A stretch of 64,000 nucleotides of DNA from Planctomycetota bacterium. Lineage in GTDB: Bacteria; Planctomycetota; SZUA-567; H5-PLA8. The DNA is taken from the NCBI GenBank assembly GCA_038227875.1, contig JBBRPR010000006.1, forward strand, positions 96,001 through 160,000, in the 5' to 3' direction. This document shows positions 59,044 through 64,000 of this stretch, piece by piece. A program made the position numbers and the translations under genes. The notes under the pieces were generated by a model, which saw only the letters and a program-made list of their open reading frames with translations, was not told the origin of the DNA and did not search any database. Each line of letters begins with the position of its first letter. The stretch's first letter is position 1.

Positions 59044-60141
59044 TCACAGCCGCGCGTAGAACTCCGCCAACGCGTCCCCGCGAACTTTCAGGGCGTGGCT
59101 CTTTTCCGCGCGGGCGCGTGCGGCGGCGCGCATCTGGGTCAGGCGGTCAGGGGTTTTGAGCAGCGATTCGATCTGGCGCGCCCAGCCGCGCGGATCGTCG
59201 GGGAGCAGACGCGTCACGCAGGCGGGATCGTCGGCGAATTCGCGCAGGCCGGGAAGATCGGCGACCAACAGTGGCACGCCGCAGGCCAGCATCTCGGCGG
59301 CGGCGCGGGAGGTTCCGTCGCCGCCCGTGCGGAAGACCAACCCCAGTGCCAACGACGAGAGCACCGCCGCGAAATCGCGCGGCGATTGCACGGGGACGTG
59401 CTGAATCGTCACGCGCGACTCGGAAAGTTTGCGCTGCTCGTACGCTTCTTTGCGGAGCTCGTCGCCCAGTTCCCCGCGACCGATCAGCGCGCCTTCCCAA
59501 TTCAAGCCGCGATCCAGTTCAGAAAACACCGCCAGCGCCGCGTGCTGGCCGCGGTCGCGGCCGTCGCGGTCGCGCTTCCAGCGGCCGACCAGGCCAATGC
59601 GCGGCGCGGCGTTCGAGCCGGCGGCATTCGGCGAGAAAATCTCCGTGTCGACGCCCACAGGAATGAAGACGCTCTGCTTCGCGCCGTTTTTCGTCAGCGC
59701 GTCGGACGCTTCGCGGCTGACGCTGACACAGCCGTCTACTTGCCGCGCGATGCGGCGGAGCAGCAAACCCGGCACGCCCAGCGGATCGCGGTGCCACGTG
59801 CGGACCAGCCGCGCACTGATCGTTTTTCCGATCGCCACGGACGCCAGAAATTGATCGTCGCTGCGATGAACATGGACGGTGTCGATCGCCAATTCCCGCA
59901 GCAGCGCGCGCAGCACCCGCGTGTCGTGCGGCAGCCGCAGCAGGCGCATCGGACCCTTGCCGAGTTTCAAGCCGCCGGCGGCCGCAACGCCTTCCGCGAC
60001 GCACGCGTCCATCAGCCCCGTCGCGCTGCGCGTGGCGATGGTCGCGCGGTGGCCGGCGGCGCAGAGCGCCTTGACGTCGGCCATGGCGGCGGCGGCCGGA
60101 CCGGTCGGTCCGCGCCCGGAAATCAGATGGAGCACGTTCAT
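59044..60141 (-). CDS. Glycosyltransferase family 4
   Basis: DTVHVH, GVDTEIF, AEMLACGVP. Confidence 0.85.
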   Translation of the reverse strand: MNVLHLISGRGPTGPAAAAMADVKALCAAGHRATIATRSATGLMDACVAEGVAAAGGLKLGKGPMRLLRLPHDTRVLRALLRELAIDTVHVHRSDDQFLASVAIGKTISARLVRTWHRDPLGVPGLLLRRIARQVDGCVSVSREASDALTKNGAKQSVFIPVGVDTEIFSPNAAGSNAAPRIGLVGRWKRDRDGRDRGQHAALAVFSELDRGLNWEGALIGRGELGDELRKEAYEQRKLSESRVTIQHVPVQSPRDFAAVLSSLALGLVFRTGGDGTSRAAAEMLACGVPLLVADLPGLREFADDPACVTRLLPDDPRGWARQIESLLKTPDRLTQMRAAARARAEKSHALKVRGDALAEFYARL

Positions 60142-61298
60142 GCCGGTGGCGATACCTCGATGCCTGCGTTTTTCAGCGCCGTGCTGTAAACCGATTCGAG
60201 TTTCTCGATCATCTGCCGCTCGTCGTAAACTTCTTCCGCGCGGCGGCGCGCCGCCAGGCCCATTTCTCTCGCGCGCGGCCGGTCGTTGAGCAGCTTTGCC
60301 AGCGCATTCGCGAGCGCCACCGGATCTCCCGGCGGCACGATCGCTCCGGTTTTGCCGTCTTGAATCACTTCGGGAAGGCAGCCGACCGAACTGCCCACGA
60401 TCGGCCGACCCGCGGCCGCGCCTTCCAGACCCACGCGACTGGAACCTTCCGAACCCAGCGACGGCAGCGCGATGACATCGGCTGCCGCGTAGAATTTTTC
60501 GACGTCGTTGCGCATGCCCGTGAACTGAATCAGCGGCGCGGAAATTCCCAGCTCTTTCGCGCGCGCCACCGTGGCGTCAAACGCGCCGGGCGTGCGTTCG
60601 TCGCAGGCGCAGAGCGCCCGCAGGCCCGGGACGCTGCCGTCTTTCACCAGCTTGGCAATGGCACCGAAAAAGACCTCGTGGCCTTTCACTTTTTCCAGGC
60701 GCGCGACCATCAGCGCCAGCGGAGCCTCGGCCGGAATTCCAAACTCCTCGCGAATCGCCGCGCCATCGAGGTTCGGCGAAAAGCGCTGCACATCGACGCC
60801 ATCGGGAATGCAGATCACTTTTTCCGGATCGAATCCCGGCAGCGCGCAAAGGCGTTCGTAGATCACCTGCGAGGGCGTCACCACTTTCGCCGTGAGCTTG
60901 TTGTGCAGGTAGCGGTTGAAGGCGTGCGGCTTGATCGGCACCACGACGCCGCGGCTGCGGATCACGACCGGCTTGCGTTTGGCCAGGCGCGCGCCGAGGC
61001 ACGCGACCCAGGATTCCTGCGAGACATGCGCGTGGACGACGTCGACCTGATGTTCATTGCAGCGCCGCGCCAGTTTGCGGCAATCGGAGGCGTAGTCCAT
61101 CAGCCGGAAACCGCGCCGGAATTTGAAGTCCGGAAAGACCGTCAGGTTCAGCTCGCGCGCCCGCCGTTCGGCCCACGTATCCGGCAGGCAGCCGATCAGT
61201 ACGCGATGTCCCCGCGCCGCCAGCAGCCGCGCCTGACGCACCGCCGTGGCCGCGCGCCCGCCCATGCCGCGAAGCGAGATGAGGTGGAAAAGAGTCAT
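60138..61298 (-). CDS. Glycosyltransferase family 4
   Basis: DVVHAH, ARLEKVKGH, PSLGSEG..LEGAAAGRPIV. Confidence 0.92.
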   Translation of the reverse strand: MTLFHLISLRGMGGRAATAVRQARLLAARGHRVLIGCLPDTWAERRARELNLTVFPDFKFRRGFRLMDYASDCRKLARRCNEHQVDVVHAHVSQESWVACLGARLAKRKPVVIRSRGVVVPIKPHAFNRYLHNKLTAKVVTPSQVIYERLCALPGFDPEKVICIPDGVDVQRFSPNLDGAAIREEFGIPAEAPLALMVARLEKVKGHEVFFGAIAKLVKDGSVPGLRALCACDERTPGAFDATVARAKELGISAPLIQFTGMRNDVEKFYAAADVIALPSLGSEGSSRVGLEGAAAGRPIVGSSVGCLPEVIQDGKTGAIVPPGDPVALANALAKLLNDRPRAREMGLAARRRAEEVYDERQMIEKLESVYSTALKNAGIEVSPPA

Positions 61299-61450
61299 GC
61301 GCTCTTTTATCTCAGGCAAGGATGAAAAGAAGCGGGATTCGGGATTCGGGACTCGGGATTCGCCGAATGCGGACTGGCGACGATTCCCGATTCCCTAATC
61401 CCGAATCCCGAATCCCGTGGGCAATCCGTCTGCGCGAGATCAATCGCCGC

Positions 61451-62545
61451 TTACTTGAAATTCTGCAGACTCTTTGCCGCTTCGTTCGCGTACTGCGAAC
61501 CGCGGTAGCGGGAGTCGTTGGCCAGCTTGGTGTAGAGCGTCATGGCGCGGATCTTGTCGGGGCCGTGGTCGGGGAAGCCCTTGGCGATCGCTTCCAGGCA
61601 CTGCGCGGCGCGGAAGATCGACTCCGGTTCCGTGCGCATGTCGCCGGTGTACTGGACTTCGTTGCGCAGGTATTCCAGCAGCGCGTCCATCAGCTTGTCC
61701 AGTTTCTTCTGGCCGGAGAGCGCTTCGGCTTCGACCATGTTGACGTTGCCGGCGATCAGGTGCGCGAAGCCGGCGATGTTCGCCGAGGAGCTCTTGTCCA
61801 CGGCCTGCAGCGCCAGTTCCTTGGCCTTGGTCGGGTTCTTCAGTTCCAGCGCGCACTTGGCCTGGCCCATCAGGCAGACGGCCTTGGTTTCGGCCAGGTT
61901 GCTGGCGGAGGCGGCGGAGCTGTACTTGCGCTCGGCTTCAGCCGGCTTCTTCTGTGCCAGCAGCATCTGGCCTTCGTAGTAATCGGCCGTCGCTTTCTGT
62001 TCGGCGCCCTGCGAGCGGAGCTGCTCGAGCAGCTTGCCGACCTTGTTGTACTGGCCGAGCTGGATCACGGCGTCCACCATGCTCGCGATCGAGAGCGGCA
62101 CGTAATAGGACTTGGGCGACGTGGTGATGAACTTTTCGAACGAGGTCACGGCGTCGTCGAGCTTGCCGGTGCGGTACAGGCTCTCGGCCAGCGCGTACGT
62201 GATGAAGGTTTTCACTTCGTTGCGGAGCGGATCGAAGAATTCCGGGTTGCCCGCGATCGACTTAAAGGTACGCGCCGCGGAGGCATACTTGCCGGCCTTG
62301 AAATCCGCCGCGCCGCTGCGGAATTCCGAATCGCCGTCGTATTCGATGTCGGCGATTTCGTTGGCGCTGAAGGACGTCTGACCGTCCTTGCTCGTCACCG
62401 CGACATTGTCCCAATCGCATTGAGTGACGCGGCCACTGACGACCTGGCCCTTTTTAGTCGTGACTTTGTCATCCGCGGCGTGCGAAAGTTGAGCGACGCA
62501 CAACAAAAGAAGCACACCTGCACCGCGAGCAATTCGTCCCGTCAT
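61451..62545 (-). CDS. Exported tetratricopeptide-repeat protein
   Basis: Signal peptide and repeated TPR-like helices (LAESLY..GKLDDAVTSFEKFI..P). Confidence 0.75.
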   Translation of the reverse strand: MTGRIARGAGVLLLLCVAQLSHAADDKVTTKKGQVVSGRVTQCDWDNVAVTSKDGQTSFSANEIADIEYDGDSEFRSGAADFKAGKYASAARTFKSIAGNPEFFDPLRNEVKTFITYALAESLYRTGKLDDAVTSFEKFITTSPKSYYVPLSIASMVDAVIQLGQYNKVGKLLEQLRSQGAEQKATADYYEGQMLLAQKKPAEAERKYSSAASASNLAETKAVCLMGQAKCALELKNPTKAKELALQAVDKSSSANIAGFAHLIAGNVNMVEAEALSGQKKLDKLMDALLEYLRNEVQYTGDMRTEPESIFRAAQCLEAIAKGFPDHGPDKIRAMTLYTKLANDSRYRGSQYANEAAKSLQNFK

Positions 62546-62878
62546 TCGCACAACCTCCCGAAAGCACACGACTTCGTGGAAACTCAAACTTACCGCAGAA
62601 TCTTGCCAAACCTAGTTAGGGGACGTGAGTCTATGCCCTGCCCGCTTTTCCCGCAAGCTCAGCCGACGCGGAATCGACAGACTTACCCATGTGGTGTAAC
62701 GGGCAACCGTGCCAGAACTTGCGGGCGAAACGATGAATTATGATTGTTGAATGATGAATCCGGGCCTAGCGCAAATTTGCGCTATGATAAATTATATCGT
62801 TTTGTTGTAGCGTGGAACCCTGTGGCAAATTTACCACAGGGTCGGTTCGGATAGGGGAATGGCGGCAGACGGGAGAAG

Positions 62879-62904
62879 ACCTTTGTGCGTTTGGACACAA
62901 AGGT
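62879..62904. terminator. Hairpin downstream of amidase gene
   Basis: ACCTTTGTG-N8-CACAAAGGT; no clear U-tract. Confidence 0.35.
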
Positions 62905-62926
62905 ATCCCTGATCCCTGGCCCCTGC

Positions 62927-63973
62927 TTAACGTACGAGTATCGCGCGCGCTCCCTTCACCAGCTGCTCCCACTGAATCGCCGGCCCCGGATCGATCTTGT
63001 TGGTCTGGATATGGTAATGGCCGAGGATGCCGTGGTAGGCATTGAGTTCGGCGTCGGGAAGTTTGTGGTCGATCAGGTTTCCGGCGGCGTCGTGCGGGTA
63101 GTCGCAGGCCATTTTGGGAAAAACTTTGCAGAGCGCCGCGGTCAGCTTAATCAGTGAATCGTACTGCTGCGGCGTTAAATCGTATTGAAACAGATCCTGA
63201 CCCTGAATGTGGCCGGGAACCAGCTCGTCGCGGCTGGGTCGCGCGATGAAGTTCGGCGTGCGTTCGCCGGTGCCGCCCGCGTCGCCGGGAATTTTGATGC
63301 GCAGCCGTCCGTCGGCATCCTTCTCGTACCACTCGTTGAACGCGGCTTTCTGATCTTCCGGGAAGGCGCCGATATTTGAAATCTCGATGCCGACCGAGCG
63401 CGTGTTGGAGGTCGTGGCGTGCCACGCGCGCTCTTTCAGGTCGAGCGTCTGGTAGATCGTGCCGTCCAGGTCGAGCATGAAATGGACGCTGAGGCACCGG
63501 CCGTCGTGGAGCGTGCGGAAGCAGCGCCGGCTGGTGCCGCTGTGATCGTAATGGAGCACGAACTGATCGACGACCTGCTGCAGCAGCGGCAGATCCCACC
63601 CGCCGCCACGCACTTTTTCGATTTGCTCGGGTGTCAGCGCGTCCTTGCGCAGGCCGAAACGGTTGGGCGTTTTCAATTCCGCGTTCTCGTGAGACGCCTC
63701 CGCCCACGACGATTTCTCAAACGGAACGAAGCGCGATTCGACGCGGTAGGCATCGTAGCCGCCGGGGTCCATCCAGGTGACGACCGGCGCGCCGGTGTGA
63801 AAAAACTGTCCGCAGACGACGATCTCGTCGCCGCTGCGCACCAACCTTTCGCCGGGGAGCTGCGCGGCCGGATCCGGCGAGACAAGCGCCGGAGGTTCCA
63901 CGCGGATGCGATTGCCCGCGAATGCCGCGATCAGCAGACAGGCCGAACCGAGAATCAAAACGCGTTCTTTCAT
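62927..63973 (-). CDS. N-acetylmuramoyl-L-alanine amidase (Amidase_2)
   Basis: FVLHYD, SVHF..DGTIYQ, AWHA, NTRSVGIEI, GHYH..KIDPG. Confidence 0.92.
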   Translation of the reverse strand: MKERVLILGSACLLIAAFAGNRIRVEPPALVSPDPAAQLPGERLVRSGDEIVVCGQFFHTGAPVVTWMDPGGYDAYRVESRFVPFEKSSWAEASHENAELKTPNRFGLRKDALTPEQIEKVRGGGWDLPLLQQVVDQFVLHYDHSGTSRRCFRTLHDGRCLSVHFMLDLDGTIYQTLDLKERAWHATTSNTRSVGIEISNIGAFPEDQKAAFNEWYEKDADGRLRIKIPGDAGGTGERTPNFIARPSRDELVPGHIQGQDLFQYDLTPQQYDSLIKLTAALCKVFPKMACDYPHDAAGNLIDHKLPDAELNAYHGILGHYHIQTNKIDPGPAIQWEQLVKGARAILVR

Positions 63974-64000
63974 TTCAAAACCTGAGTGGGCACTGCCGGC

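Noticed and set aside
62595..62716. Sigma-54 promoter for the TPR gene (TGGCAAG.. / TGGCACG.. on minus strand)
   Set aside because: GG-to-GC spacing is not 10 nt in either candidate.

Overview
GC-rich bacterial chromosomal window with about 50 CDS. I found no rRNA, tRNA, CRISPR array or transposase. PVC/Planctomycetota affinity is only an inference from gene content and style: a PQQ beta-propeller, a CBM9-esterase, an 'RFSL..LL' N-terminal orphan and heptamer intergenic repeats. The main feature is a tightly coupled 8-gene, ~14.3-kb minus-strand operon (3384-17695). It encodes two LolD/MacB-type ATPases, two FtsX/MacB permeases, two OPT-like polytopic membrane proteins, a stand-alone PqqD/RRE protein and a PsbP-like hypothetical. 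One permease is a 1649-aa fusion with a PA domain and an apparently degenerate M28 domain, and the other has three novel internal repeats. No RiPP precursor or maturase is visible, and the flanks are AraC-linked catabolic genes. Other notable items are a ferritin-like diiron/DUF362 + CrtI-like + epoxide-hydrolase-like operon, a Cys-rich 'HAPP' leader ORF before a two-domain multicopper oxidase-TolC pair, and a small AT-richer island with an SMI1/KNR4 gene. There are also four REPIN-like elements (three of 175-176 bp), a duplicated ~90-bp AT-rich motif, three sigma-54 promoter matches and recurring loop-less AATT-centred palindromes. The remainder is housekeeping or envelope genes: system II cytochrome c biogenesis, tandem PTPS, a BMP lipoprotein, a Btu/Fec ABC transporter, msrB, two GT4s and an amidase. 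All family calls come from motif recognition by eye, not database searches.
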